From NCBI RefSeq assembly GCF_009914755.1, contig NC_060928.1: a stretch of 64,000 bases of DNA. The stretch is one strand, 5' to 3'. The DNA comes from the human T2T-CHM13v2.0 reference genome, Homo sapiens. Position numbers and translations under genes: made by a program. Below are positions 43,924 through 58,752 of this stretch, in pieces (positions within the stretch are counted from its first letter, which is position 1; each line of letters starts with the position of its first letter). The notes below the pieces were generated by a model that did no database searches, was not told the DNA's origin, and saw only the letters and a program-made list of their open reading frames with translations.

Positions 43924-44338
43924 CGATATGTTTTGGATATATGTCCCCACCCAAATCTTATGTCGAATTGTAATCCCCAGTGTTAGAAGTGAGACCTAGT
44001 GGAAAGTGATTGGATCACGGGCGTGGATCCTTCATGAGTGGTTTAGCACCATCCCATTGGTGCTGCTCTCATGATAGTGGGTGAGTTCTGGCAACATCTG
44101 GTTGTTTAAAAGTGTGTAGCACCTCCCTCCTCTCTCTCTTGCTCCTGCTCCCACCATGTGAGACACTTTGCTCCCCCTTTGCCTTCCACCATGATAGCAT
44201 GTTTCCTGAGGCCTCCACAGGAACAGAAGCCACTATGCTTCCTGTACATCCTGCAGAAACATCAGCTAATTAAACCTCTTTTCTTTATAAACTACCCAGT
44301 TTCAGGTATTTATAGGAATGCAATAACAGCCTAATACA
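43924..44338 (+). mobile_element. MSTB-like solo LTR
   Basis: GATATGTTTTGGATATATGTCCCCACCC...GGTTTAGCACCATCCC...CTAATACA. Confidence 0.88.
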
Positions 44339-44899
44339 CCTACCAGTGGCTTCCCTGTGCCCTGCTTCTCAATACCTACCAAGTTTACTAGACACTAGTA
44401 CAACACTCACGTTTAGAAGAGAAATCAAAGGCCTTTCTGACAGTGTCTCCAGCAAAGACAAAAGATATCTCAGAAGGATGCTATCTGTCTCACTTTGGCT
44501 TCCAGTCTCATGTGATTGCATTGGAATGGCAGAACCTAGTCATATCCAGTGTGTACCATGAAAGGAGCCTGGGAATATGGCTTTTAGCTCTTTGGCCTCT
44601 TCAAGAAAAGAGAGATACATAGTTCATCCTTTTGACTCCTCATATCTGTATACACACATCTTATTAAACGTAATCTTAGTAACAAGGAGAAAAACATTGT
44701 CATACCTATCATAAAACTATGGTGAATAGGAAAAAAAAATTCACTTACCCCCTCAAGGGTGAAAACAAAGCCTATCCATTACTGCATTTATTTCTGATCA
44801 TTTTATTCTTTTCTAACTGATCAGAGTCCTTTATTATTATCTTAAAACCCATGGACTACATAATATATTTAACAACAATCATCATATATGATATAAAAG

Positions 44900-47800
44900 G
44901 GGTGGAGACAGGAGGAATGAGGGGAACTCAAAAAAAACCCAGTCACATGACATGTGGATCCAGGTGAAATTAATGAATTCACTGGAGTGAGCCAGTACTG
45001 CAAGCTAGCTAGTGATCCAATTGTGCAAGCCAAATATATTCTGGCCCCACTGTGGTTTGGGACTACCTGGTAGTGAATTTCTATCTGTTTGGGCTTAAAT
45101 ATCAACAGAGAGAATTTTGTGTCATGGCCCTGACTGTGACTTTTAGGATGAGCAGTGATTCCAGTCACCCTAATATAGGAAGGTTGGGCCAGGAGAGGGC
45201 CAGAATGCCAAGGATGGAGGGATCCACTTTCTACCCACAGGCTTACTAAGTTGAAGTTGCTTTTTGCATATTTGCTAGGCTGCACCTCTTGTATCTCATT
45301 CCTCTACAACACACACAGAAGAAAAAACTATATCCACACCATTTGAAAACAGGGACTGAATGAAAGATGGGAGTCATAGCCAATCTTGGTATGTGTGAAA
45401 TGCTTTTATTTGAGGGGATATTATCATATGGGTTTTTTTCTGCATAAATATATACAACATGGATACAAACCATAGTCATTTGTGTAAATGGCAATGAAGT
45501 CAGAGTCAGGATATAGCAAATTTCTTCCTTTTACAGCAATCCAAATTCCCTTTTTTTCTCAGTCAGAACCCCTAGCATATCACTGTTTTTTAGACAGCAG
45601 AGTAACACAATACACTTGCCTATGTGGAGTGATGTGTAGTCCTCCATAGGCATGGTAACACTAGCTGGCACACCAGAAGAATCCTAGGATGAAGACAGTC
45701 TCTTCCCTGCACATGATTTATAGCGGAAATCTAATTAAGAATGCATGTTGTGCACATGTACCCTAAAACTTAAAGTATATAAAAAAAAAGTTGCCAATAG
45801 AAAAAAAAATGCCCTTGCACTTTTCTTGTCACCAGTCTTCTACCTGTTCACCTGGTCAAAGCATTGGCCAGTGAGGAGTCCTTATTCTGCCTATGTATTC
45901 TTCTAGAAAACTGTAGCTCAAGGTTCTGCCTACTAGTAAGAGTTGCACTTCAAGCCCACTTCTGAACACAGCCATAATGCTGAAATTATCCACTTCTATC
46001 TGGAAAGCATATCATGCTCAATGATCTGTAAACCAGCAGATTGGTTTTATGGGAATTCTCTATGAGGCCATAGGTATAAATGAAGGAAAGGATGGCAATG
46101 GGGAAAAAATAGGTACAATGTGAGTAGAAGACACCTTCTCAATTATCTTATTTGTGATTTTAAAAAGTGCTCCAGATTGATCTTACAAAAACAACTTCAA
46201 CTTGATGATGGAATATTGCTACATACTTCTAACTTGATGGCTTTTTTATAAGAACATTGTTTTATGATAGGTAGCCCATGACACTTGGTTATTGGTGTAT
46301 CATGGTCAAAATATTCCAGTAGCATGCCAAGACAGTAATTATCACAGAAATCTTTACTCCAGACCTATAATGGCCTAGGCTGTGATTCTGCTACCCAGCA
46401 TTGTCAGAGTATTCTAATGTTTTTCTAATCTTTAAGAACCTTTATATCCACTGGGCCCAAGTTACAAAGCTACTTCTACAGAAACCTAGACCAGCTGGAG
46501 AGTATTTTCTTTCTGTGAGGCTCAGCCCGAAGTTGGCAGTCTTAAGGGATCCTCAGTAAATGAGTCACAAAAAGACTCACAAGTATGATTTAAGTTGCCT
46601 CTCAGTCTATAGGAACCCACAAGCATTATGACTTTTTTTGACGTTAGTTGACATGGCTTGCAAGTTTTCCTTAACTTTAGAGGTGATTACCTTGCATGCT
46701 GCACACGATTGGATCTCTATAATCATCATTAAATTACTGTGGGGCGCAATTCTCACCCTCTTGCATGCATGTATCTTACCTACACATGTAGATCATAGTT
46801 ATGTCCTGCATACTGACCTCAATAAATTGGGCCCACATGACATCCCATGTAATGGTGAATTGACTGAGGTTCCTGCAGAACAAATTAAACCAGATAAATA
46901 ACATAATAAAGTAATACAGTGGAGTTTTACTACCATCACTGAAAGATAAAAACAAATTACCTCTGGAGTCCTGTTTCTTGGAACAGAAAAACTACATTTA
47001 CTAGATAAATTAACATGCCTGGTGCCAGAAATTGGTTTGATGTGCTTCAGTAAAGAAACAATTTCTGGGTCAGTTGTTGACAGTGGAGCTAACACATCAC
47101 TAAATGTGTAATCATCCATTGCTGAGCACGGGGAGGGGCAGTTATCTAATGACCACATTAGTACACACAGACCTGGGGTAGGAGCTAAAAAACTGATGAC
47201 CCAGAAGTAGGAGGGGGCCTTCAAGAGTTGACCTTCTGCTTTTGCCCCACCTTACTTATCCCTCTCCATCAGATTCAGCCACAATTTTTCAAGTCCAGAG
47301 ACCTTGAAAAATATTTCAGAAAAACTTTTTTCATCAGGTGAGGCATTTGCCAGGTATTCAGACAAAGACTGGCCTTGTGGCTGGGTTGTGGTGTGGAATA
47401 CTCACAATTACCTGAATCCTTGTAATATTCTTCTAATCTTGGGGTCACTCTTTCCCAATAAACACTCCCAAATTTACAAGAATCTTGGAGAGGTTCAGAG
47501 CATAACCTATGTTGTAATTCAGCACTCAGAGTCAGACTTGGTCATCATCTATTTAGGCAATTTCAGTTAGAGTTGATAAAGTGATGATTGTTTTAGGAAG
47601 TCCATGGATGATCCTGGTCATCTGAGGTCATTTTGATGTGATAATTTATAACTCTAAATATTCATTTCTTTTAAAAACTCACAAGAATATTTAGAAGCAG
47701 CTACTCTACACCAGTTTCTGTATTCCCCATTATTTCCATAATGGTCCACTGAAGGAGTCATGTCGTATGCCTTGCCTTCAGTGTACACTTCTTTCTGGGT
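44900..47800 (-). mobile_element. Degenerate ERVL-class internal region (pol remnant)
   Basis: Translation MDDYTFSDVLAPLSTTDPEIVSLLKHIKPISGTRHVNLSSKCSFSVP parallels ERVL RT (DYxxLNxVVxPxxAAVPDxVSLLEQI...DLxNAFFSIP). Boundaries uncertain. Confidence 0.55.
45742..45809 (+). mobile_element. Very short (about 40 bp plus tail) L1PA 3' end
   Basis: TGCATGTTGTGCACATGTACCCTAAAACTTAAAGTAT plus A tail; possible TSD AAGAATGC/AAAAATGC. Confidence 0.85.
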
Positions 47801-49519
47801 GGTCTCAGATGATAATTTTAGTAACTGCTTTATCTCTGCATGACATGAGTAGCCTCTTGTTTTCTAACGCTGATGAGCTTCAAACCCACCCAGGCATTGC
47901 TGGGTTTTTTTGAGTAAATTTAAGGTATACAAGTGGAGTTTGATACATGGATGCATAGCAGTCATTGTTTTTAGTATTTTAGAATATTTGCTTTCATTGA
48001 AAAGGTGTATGTCTACTTTCTGCAAAAGTAGTTTAAAAATTTTAGGCACTGGTATTTTTAGTGGCTTATTCTATTTTAGTTGATAACATTTGTTGGCTAA
48101 AGAAAGTTTAGATTTATGGGCAAGAAGTATGATCAATTAAATTGCACTTCTTAGGATCTTATAAAGAGAAGACTTCTTCAATATTCAGAGATATGAGTGA
48201 AATGGAAAAAATAAACACAGTTGGCAAAGAGATAAATTACTTCTTTAAGGCCTAACCTTCATAGTAGTCTACTCATGACACTTTTATAGAGATCATACTT
48301 CTGAAAGGGATCTAAGAGTCCATCTTGACTAACCCTTCAGTTCACAAGAATAGAAGCTGATGCTGCACCCCCACCCCGATTAAACACTTCATTAGATACT
48401 GTCTTACTCTCTAATTGCCTCTTGCACATATTACATTTCTAACAAGACTGTAAGCTCTTTGATAGCAGAGATAATTATCTTCTGTGTTTTTTTTATCTCC
48501 CTCACAGCTCTTAATACTTGTTGATTAAATGATTGATTTAATCAAGGATGCTCTCTTTTTTATCCCTTATGCTTCCAAGATCACTGGTCAGGTCACAGAT
48601 TGAGGCACTCATGGCAAAAGATATTGTTAGTATGTAAAGAATTCTAGGTCCTTTGGATATAGTGTACTTGGATAATAAGGTGACTAAATAAAGTCAAATG
48701 ACTCAATAATTAATGGAATAAAAATTAAGAGGAAGGATTACAAAAAGGAATTTGTAAATTCAAACAAGATTAGTTTTCCAAAATGATGATATGATACAAA
48801 TGGACTTTTGTTCACTATAAAAATGCTAGAAAGCTATAAGATCCACTTATAATCTAAGTACAAAATGTGTGCTTTTGTACATATGTAGATGCACTAATGT
48901 ATATTAAGAAGCCTAGATTTTACTTTGCACAATTATACTGCCAATTACTGTGCACAGAAAATCAATAACTTGAGATTGGTCAGAGTATACATATGTGTCT
49001 TAGTTATTTGACAAGAAGTCATAGAAGTATAAATGATCTCTCTTCAAAAGTGAGAACTTGTGTTTTACAGATAAAAATACAGACATAGGGTATTTATATG
49101 CTTTGATGTTTTTTTCCAAAGCTCATGCATTTATTAAATAAATTTAGATTAGCCTAAATGTGAAATTTTAATTCTTTTTCTATGCTTTGTGAAGGTCATG
49201 TAGTTGTCCTGTATTTGAGGGAGATGTTTTATAAACAATGAACAAAGTTAAAACTGCAGTCACTCCCTACCATATTATTGTTAATTACATTAATGTTAAT
49301 TTCACTTTTCCATCTGTGGATTGCTTGAAGAAAAATATCCTATCTTATTTTTTTAACTCATAGTGGTATCACCTTAGGTATAATCTGCTCATCAAAGCAG
49401 GTACTGACCAGCCTAGAATAAAAAAGAGAAAACATAAACCCTACCATCAGTCTTATAATCAACAGGAGGCATAGCAAGGAATTTCTATCCCTCTTTAGTG
49501 TGCTGTAGACATTAAGAAA

Positions 49520-52200
49520 ATAGTAAAAGACATGAAAATGAAACATAAAACATAATTACAATAATTCAGGTATGATCTGATGAAGCTCAAATCAAATTAG
49601 ATGTTTTATCAAGAATAATTGATAAAACTCAAATAAAATGAGAAGACAAGTTCTTTGAAAATGAAGAATAAACAAGAAGAAACACAGCTACATATAAACA
49701 AAGCAAATAATGCCTTAGGAGAAATATACAGTGAAGAATAACATTTTTAATTTTAAAAATAAAAAGAGTAAAAGAATTTATGAGCTAGTGACATACATTG
49801 AAGATGGGCAATGAAAATCCAACGTAAGAATCATCAGAGACCCTGAAAACAACATCAACAACAACTAAAGCAAAAGAACAGAAAATATATTAAAATTTAT
49901 TATTAAAGAAAAATGTACTAATTTCTTTTTAGCTGAGACCCTGCCTATATTGAAAAAGCACACATTTATTTTTCTGAGAATATAGACTCAAAATGGCCAA
50001 AGGCAAGTCATATTCTACTAAAATGACAGGACATCATAAAGAAAAAAATCATTTGTCATGAATACAAAAAGAACATGAGACCTATATGAGAAAGAAAATT
50101 AGATAACTTATTTTTCAGCAGGTTGCTAGAAGATTGGGAAAACATATTTAAGATGCAGAAGGAAAAATAATGAGTCAAGTATTTTACATCCTTCAAAAGT
50201 GACCTTCAGTACAATATACAAGAATCAAAGACTACTATTCTCATGTGTACTTCTTAAGGAATCTATTTAAAAGTGTGCTTCAGACAACCAAAATGTCCAG
50301 AGAGACATAGACCCAAGTCTCAGTGATGACTACCTGTGATTAGCTATGTAGTTACTCATAGAACTAACATAAATGAGGTTAAAAGGCAGGAATTATGGAA
50401 TGTAAGGGATAAATAATCTGAAAAGGCAGATTGAATCCAAACAAAAAGAATGGAGAAGGAACTAGCACATAAAAAATTTTAATTTGGTAATGCTGGTATG
50501 AATATTATTCTGAAATTGTATTCTGAATAGTAATGTGGGATAAATCAAATAAATAATTTTAGGATTAACCATATAATAATCCCAGGGTTCTTGATGTGGA
50601 CAAAAGGAAATGAGGATGTAAAAAAAAACATTTTAAATAAAATCCCTATAGGCTTGAATTTGAACTGGAATATAAGTATTTAGTCTTTAAACATACTACT
50701 ACAAATAAATATGTATATATACACTTCTGTCCACCAGAAAGGCCTAGAAATAATACAACAATCCAGTAGCAATGAGCATTTCTAGTATCCATAATGTGTC
50801 TAAGCATCATGACTCATTGAAATAAACCAAGGCTTTTTGGAGTAATGGTTGATTGCAGATCTAGAATATGAAATATGCAAGATGAGAGTTCCATATTTTG
50901 GCATATCAGATAGCAAGGCAAGTATCAAAGTCCAATAAGTTTGTGTCAAAAGGAGTCAAGAGCCAACCTAAAGATGCTGTCGCTGGCCAAAAATAGAATT
51001 GTTTGAGCTTTAATATGGATAAAAAATTGCAATGGAGTAAAATCCATTAAAAATTATGATTATTAAATAATAACTAATTTATTCTTAAAATATTACTAAA
51101 AACCAATTAGTATTAAAATACATTAGTAAACATTACATTTAAAATATTATTAAAGTAAAAATGAACTTGTCATCTTCTGAGGATGACAGGGAAGCAATTC
51201 TCTTTATTGATTGATTTTTTTTTTTAAAGACCAGGTGTCCTTCTGTCACCCAGGCTGGAGTGCAGTGGCACTATCATGGCTTATTGCAGCAGTCTCAACC
51301 TCCCAGGCTCAAGCGATTCTCCCATCTCAAGCTCCTGAGTAGCTGAGACTAAGGCCTGCACTACTACACCAGCTAATTTTTTATTTTTTGTGGAGACAGA
51401 GTCTCATTATTTTGTCCAGGCTGGTCTTGAACACTTGGGCTCAAGCAATCCTTCTGTCTTGGCCTGTCAGGAAGTGTCGGGATTACAGGCATGAGGCACC
51501 ATGCCTAGCCATAATTATCTTTAAAATAGAGTAAAACCAAACCAAAGAAAACATCAAACATTTATCCTACATTTATTTTCCGTATATGAATTTTATCACT
51601 GTTTAACCAAAGAGTAGATGAGGAACACATCTCCTTGTAAAAGTATTCTGGCTAATACATGGAAGCAAAATGATTGAATTAGAAAATAACCATTTTGTAG
51701 ACCCTAATAAATTAATGGACTAGGCATTGAACATCAATAAATATTAACTTCAAAAAAGTAAAAAAACAGACATTATATTCCTCCTTATGGAAGAACATAC
51801 CACCGCCGATATTTCTCACCAAAAGAATCTAACATGAGTCAGATTATGCGTCTGGATCCAGCTTGCATTTTTCAGGAAATGCAAAAGACAGAGAAAAAGT
51901 AGCACAGAATGAGTCAGCATTCTGTAATACATTCAGTAGTACAGCATGAGTCGGCAATCAGCAAAATCTAGACTTTTGGAAACTCCATACATCAAATCAT
52001 CTGGGCTCTTTAACAGATAGATTGTAAAGGGAAAAACAAAATGGAGAAAATATTCATGGATTTAAAAATACTTTAAACAACAGTAGCAAGTTAAAAATGG
52101 GTAAAACATATCTGTGTATACCTAGACACAGTGAAATACCATAAAAATTGGGTTAGTATAAGACAGTTTTGGAGATAAGGCTGTGATTAGGATGGGGCAT
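49520..52200 (+). mobile_element. Ancient L1M/HAL1-like relic (ORF1-like part followed by L1MC/MD-type 3' region)
   Basis: A-rich ORF1-like blocks at 49.8-50.3 kb; CCAGTAGCAATGAGCA...AACCAAGGCTTTTTGGAG...GCAAGATGAG at 50.76-50.89 kb. Confidence 0.55.
51215..51510 (-). mobile_element. AluJ
   Basis: GGGCTCAAGCAATCC in the left arm, high divergence, T tail. Confidence 0.9.
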
Positions 52201-53435
52201 AGGCAGAGCAATCTGGCTCCAGAATCTGACCCATCCTTAGAATTCATGCGCTTCAGCACTTTGTTAGGTTGTCTTTGTGTGATTTAAAACTATTCCAAAC
52301 AAATCTCAAGGATGTTTTGAATTTGCAAATAGTTTTATTTGAATTTATTGAGAGTTCACTCTATTTTTGACAAATTACTAGGCATTGGTGATAAAACAGG
52401 TAATAAACATGGTCTCTTTTCTGGAGAAAAATAGTATTTTTAAAGTCTTGAGAGCACAGTCATAGTGTCAATTGTAATAAGGAACTGTGTACATATTATC
52501 CAATTAGTTGTAATTATACAGACAACTTTGATATGAAGAAGAAATACACTAGCAACCCAGTTTCAAGGGCTCCCGCCCAAAATTAAGTATTTTTAAATAT
52601 TTAACAAAATCTTTGATATATTTATTTTCCTTAATCTAGCAATTTTAATTTCAAAATTTTATCCTAAAAATTCTTACAAAGACAAATATGCAAAGATGTT
52701 CTTTATAGTTCTATTGTATCAACAGTTACAATCAATATAAAATTCTCATCAATGAGGATTTTATTTAACAGATGAAGATGCAACTGTACAGTGAAATGTC
52801 ATAATTTTAATTATAAACTCAAAGGTCTCCAATATATTGATGAATTTAAAAAAAAAGTTTAAAACCTACATTTTAGTTCTGGGTGTGAATAATACATTAT
52901 CTATTTTCTTTGAGTGATAAATATTAAAATTCTACATTTCCAAAGGGAATTTTTAAATCCTTGGCTTATTTAAAATTACATATTTTTATATTCATTCCAT
53001 TCTCTTCTGTTCTATTCCATTTTGTTCTATGGAATTTTGAGTGCCTATTACACTAAGAGCTAGGATAATATCATGCTAAAAATATAATAGAGTATACCCA
53101 AATAATTCTAGTAAGATTATCAGGAATTTTATTATGAAAGTAAAATAAATTGCTAAAGAAGCACAAAAAGAGATATTATTTATGAGATATAGGCCTTGAA
53201 AAAAAATTAATGCGGAAAGGTGGATTTTGAAGAATGAGACAAATATGGAAAGTTGGAGAAAATGTATAAGAAATCTAAGGAAAAGAAACTACTTAAACAA
53301 CAGCATAGAAACGTGAAACCATCTGGTACATTCAGCAAAGAGCTAGTATAGATGGAGATTTGTAAGGGAGATGGAGAAATGCACGGTTGGTACCAAATTA
53401 TTATGAGCTTGCAGGCTATGTTGGTAACTTTGGTC

Positions 53436-53974
53436 TTTTTTTAAATAGTGATAACATACATATAACATAATATTTACCATCCTAACTATTTTTAAGTATA
53501 TAGCTCAGTGGCATTAAGTACATTCATATTATTCTACAATCACAACCATCCATCTCCATAACTTTTTTATCTTCTCAAACTTAAACTTTATGCCCATGTA
53601 ACAATAACTTTCTATTCCTCCTCCCTGCCGGCCCTGGAAGCCGTCTTTCTACTTTCTGTCTCCATAAATCTGACAAATATAGGCACTTCATATAAGTAGA
53701 ATCATGCAGTATTTTTCATTTTGTGACTGGCTTATTTCACTTAACATAAAGTCCTCAAGGTTTATCTATGTTGTAGCACATGTTAGAATTTTCTTCCATT
53801 GTATGTGTATACTAAATTTTCTTTATCCATTTATCTGTCGATGGACACTTGAGTCTTTTCCATCTTTTTGGTTTTGTGAATAGTGCCGCTATGAACATGG
53901 GTGTACAAATAACTCTTCAAGTCTCTGCTTTCAATTATTTTGTGTATATACCTAGAAGTAAAATTGCTGGATCA
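53436..53974 (-). mobile_element. L1MB-type 3' end
   Basis: CAGTGGCATTAAGTACATTCA...GACTGGCTTATTTCACTTAACATAA...TTGCTGGATCA. Confidence 0.8.
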
Positions 53975-53978
53975 CGTG

Positions 53979-54600
<622 letters not shown>

Positions 54601-55589
54601 CAAGAGACTTTAAAAGTCATCAATGCCTGAATATTCAAAATAATTGAAAAACATTCAACTGCCTATGTTGGAGAAAAGAAGAATAAAGGAAAACAAGACA
54701 GTTGTTTTCAAATATATGAAAATCTGTAGGCAAGAAATTGGAATTGAACTTACTTTGAGTAATTCCAACAGCAGAGCCAGAATCAATGGATTGAAGTTAC
54801 AGAGAGACTAGCTATGTGATCTTTGGCAAACTGGTCTCCTAAACCCTAATGGCCTCCACTTTCACAAATAAAATATGGGAGTAAAAGCAGATGATCTCAC
54901 CATGTAAGAACAGTATTGTGAAAGAATGTGTAAACTACACTTGGACTGATCTAATTTCTATGGTTCTATGGTTCTGTTATTGGAAATATTTACCCAGAAA
55001 ATATTATAGGGAAACTATACTTGATGAATATTCATAACAAATTACCTTTGAGGTCTTCTCTAGCTCTCAAACTAGTTCTCAAGCTGTGGATAAAGATTTC
55101 TGCCTCTATGGGAAAGATGATGTGTCTGTGAAGATGCTAAGGAATATGTGTTGAACTAACACCAAGTATGCTAAGCATGCTTCAGTACCAAAGGAAGATA
55201 AAAGTCTCATACTTGAATTTCCATTGTACTTGCAACAGGTGTCTCATTTCTATCTGCAAAGTCATAAAAATTTATAATGAGGATAACATAAGCTAATACA
55301 TGAAAAGCACTTAGAATACTGTCAAATACACAATATGAGTTCAGATTCAATTAATATTAGTTATTACTGTTATTATTGGGAATTACATCCATTATTATTT
55401 AATATTGTATATCGTAATTATTAAGAGCTTAATTTTTCTACATTAGACTGACCTCGGTTCAAATATTACTTGTGCAAATAAATTCCTGAGCCTGTTTTCT
55501 CATTTGTAAAACAGTGAATAATATCATGAAATCATTTGTGAGAGCATACAATATATAATGAATACAGGGTTCCCAGTACTGTATCTTAT

Positions 55590-55990
55590 GTGTCAGAGAC
55601 AGATAGCTGTCTGGCTCAAATATTCATATTGTGAAATTGTCTTTTGGAAGCAGCTATTCAGAGAGAGACTATAATTTAGAGATTCACATCCAGTGAGATC
55701 CCAGCACTAGATCTTGCAACAGAGAAAGTGCAAAGTGATGTGGGCTTTTAAGACTAATAACCTTTCTCATGTCCTCTGTCTCTTTCTCCCCAGCTAGAGG
55801 AAAAGCCCTAAGAGATCCTAGCCTGGAGAATCATGGAGCCATGTCGTTAGGAGTTTGAGATCATTATCACAGGTAAGAAAGCCACCCACTAACCAGACCT
55901 ATCTATATTGAAATTCTATGTGAGAAAAAAAAATTCTTACTATGCCATGCCCTTGACATTTGGAGTTTCATTTGTTATGGCAGTTAAAGT
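55590..55990 (+). mobile_element. Old MLT1-like LTR relic
   Basis: 3' end TATGTGAGAAAAAAAAATTCTT...TTGGAGTTTCATTTGTTATGGCAG. Confidence 0.45.
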
Positions 55991-56918
55991 TACTCTTGTT
56001 AATATTCATTAAAAGTAGTAAGTGTTGAATACATAATATTTATTTTAATCAAAGTGTCTGAGAAACTGTCTGGAAAATATGAGGTTCTTAAGGAGTAGTA
56101 GACATTATTCTTTTAATGCGTCTCAGTGAAAGAATGATATACAGGAGTATGAAGAAAAAGATGTGAATTATATTCCAAATTTTGTACTAATATCAAAGAT
56201 AATAATACTGGTTCCATTTGATTTTACTATTTATATATTAACTTTTTAATTGAAGTAACTAACAATAAAGCATTATCATATTTACAAAATAGAATTACAT
56301 CTCTACTTTCTGTTTAGCATCCACTAGATCTACTTTACAAAGTGAAAACAATTTCTTAACTGATCAAATTTTCCTTCTTTAATATCATATTAATTCAATT
56401 TTATATATTTTATATAATGTGTATGTAGAGCAAGTAAGTGTTCAGGTTTCAATATCATCTCGTTTTTTATGATAAAAGCCATATAAATAATGCTTAAAAT
56501 ATATTTATAAACTGAACTTGGATAAGAGAGCGCCCTTTGTAAGTTGAGTGACATAAAATTAAGACACATAAAAGGAAGACTACATATTTGTGAACTGTAT
56601 AAAACTAAGAGTTTCAGAAAGCAACATAGGCAAAAAAATACAAGTGAATTCAGAGATGGTTTATGGAATGGTATGGACAAGGAAGGCACAGCATTGTCTG
56701 GGGAAATATTGTTTGTGATGAAACTTTAAGAGAGGCATAAGGCCATGCCTTGTGCCTCCAAAAATACATCTTTAAGAGACATGTTTCTTACTCAGAAGAC
56801 TGGCACATTCACTGTTGAAGTGACTACATATGGCAAATTCTTTCTTCTTATGCTGAAATTGTACACAGTGAATGTTAAGGCCAGTTCATCTTAATTAAGC
56901 AAACATGATAACTTAGAA

Positions 56919-56979
56919 TTTTTTTTTTTTTTGAGATAGAGTTTGTTCTGTCGCCAGGTGTGAGCCACCACGACTGGCC
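56919..56979 (-). mobile_element. Internally deleted Alu (AluSc-like) with both termini retained
   Basis: T tail + GAGATAGAG...TCTGTCGC[CAGG]TGTGAGCCACCACGACTGGCC. Confidence 0.85.
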
Positions 56980-57827
56980 AGAATATAAAATTTTGATGGA
57001 TTAAGACATTAATAAGCTCAGTTAATCAGATAATACTTATCACATTGTTTTTAAGAAGTTAATGATCAATTTTAAAAGTTAAGATCTAGGGTATATACTG
57101 AATTCCTAATTGTTTCAATATCTCATGAAATAGTGAGTTTTATGATCAAATTTGGTGCATTTCATTCACAGAATGATTAACAAAAGAAGGTTTCTATACA
57201 TGTTCACATCTAATTATGAGTCATGTAAAATACATTATCATGTTAGCCATGGAAGTGTAATACAAATAGGCCATTTTGATGTTTCCTTCCCATTTTTAGA
57301 TTTTAAAAATTTGTTTTCAAGAAATTCATAGATAATACATTGAGCAAAATTAGGCAACAACCTGATCTGTTGAATAATTAATTGGTTTTCCCTTTTGTTA
57401 GTTCATGATGTGTAGGCTAAGAATAAATTTTAAATAAAATTCTGTTAACTAAGAAAGCATCCTACAAATATATCAACTCTGTTTGGAAATATGTTGTGAA
57501 ATGGATGTGTTAAACTTATGTTAAATAATACTATAGCGTATCTATGAATTTTTTATTTCACCAACCACTCTTGCTTTTTCATTTACTATACTTGCCACTA
57601 TATATTACAGATTGAAGCAAACTTGTGACACTAGATTATATGTGTTTATTGATGAGCATCTTGCCTTTTATTAAATATAGCAATTCATTAACTCAGAATT
57701 GTAATTTACCTTTTTGCTCAAAATTAGTATTTGGGAAAGCATACTCTTTTTTTTTTTTTTACCTTACACACAAACTTTTTCTGGAAATTTGAAATAAAAA
57801 TAAACATGTGCTCATGCATAAAATTAA

Positions 57828-58138
<311 letters not shown>

Positions 58139-58424
58139 TAAATGTGTCTTAAAGACAATTTGTGATTTTTATGGAAGAAGAACAGAAACTGCATTTTATT
58201 TTTTGTCTTAAATTCAAGTCACTCTTTCTTATAAGACTTAGCTTTTTAAAGTTCATTTTAGTCAATCAACTTAGAAATTTATCTCCGTTTGTTGGTACCA
58301 TATTAGTGAGTAATGACATAAAGGCATGCTCTTTATATTGCAAGTCTATGCTTACTGATTGCATTGCAATATAAAGAGCATGCCTTACTTTGATATAGCC
58401 AGAATTGCTATACCAGAGCAGATG

Positions 58425-58752
58425 GGCTGGGCGTGGTGGCTCACGCCTGTAATCCCAGCACTTTGGGAGGCCGAGGCAGGCGGATCACGAGGTCAGGAAA
58501 TCGAGACCATCCTGGCTAACACGGTGAAACCCTGTCTTTACTAAAAAATACAAAGCAATTAGCCGGGCGTGGTGGCGGGCGCCTGTAGTCCCAGCTGCTG
58601 GGAGGCTGAGGCAGGAGAATGGCTTCAACCTGAGAGGCGGAGCTTGCAGTGAGCCGAGATCGCGCATCCCGAGCGACAGAGTGAGACTCCGTCTCAAAAA
58701 AAAAAAAAAAAAAAAAACCATAAAAGTAAAAATTTTAAAAAAAGAAAGAAAT
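58425..58752 (+). mobile_element. AluY with a right-arm deletion of about 11 bp and a bipartite tail
   Basis: ATCGAGACCATCCTGGCTAACACGG; TSD AGAGCAGATG at 58415-58424 and 58753-58762. Confidence 0.93.

Noticed and set aside
49373-49432. Possible 40-nt minus-strand exon with a good acceptor
   Set aside because: Weak donor (AAG|GTGATA), beside an L1 relic, no partner exons seen.
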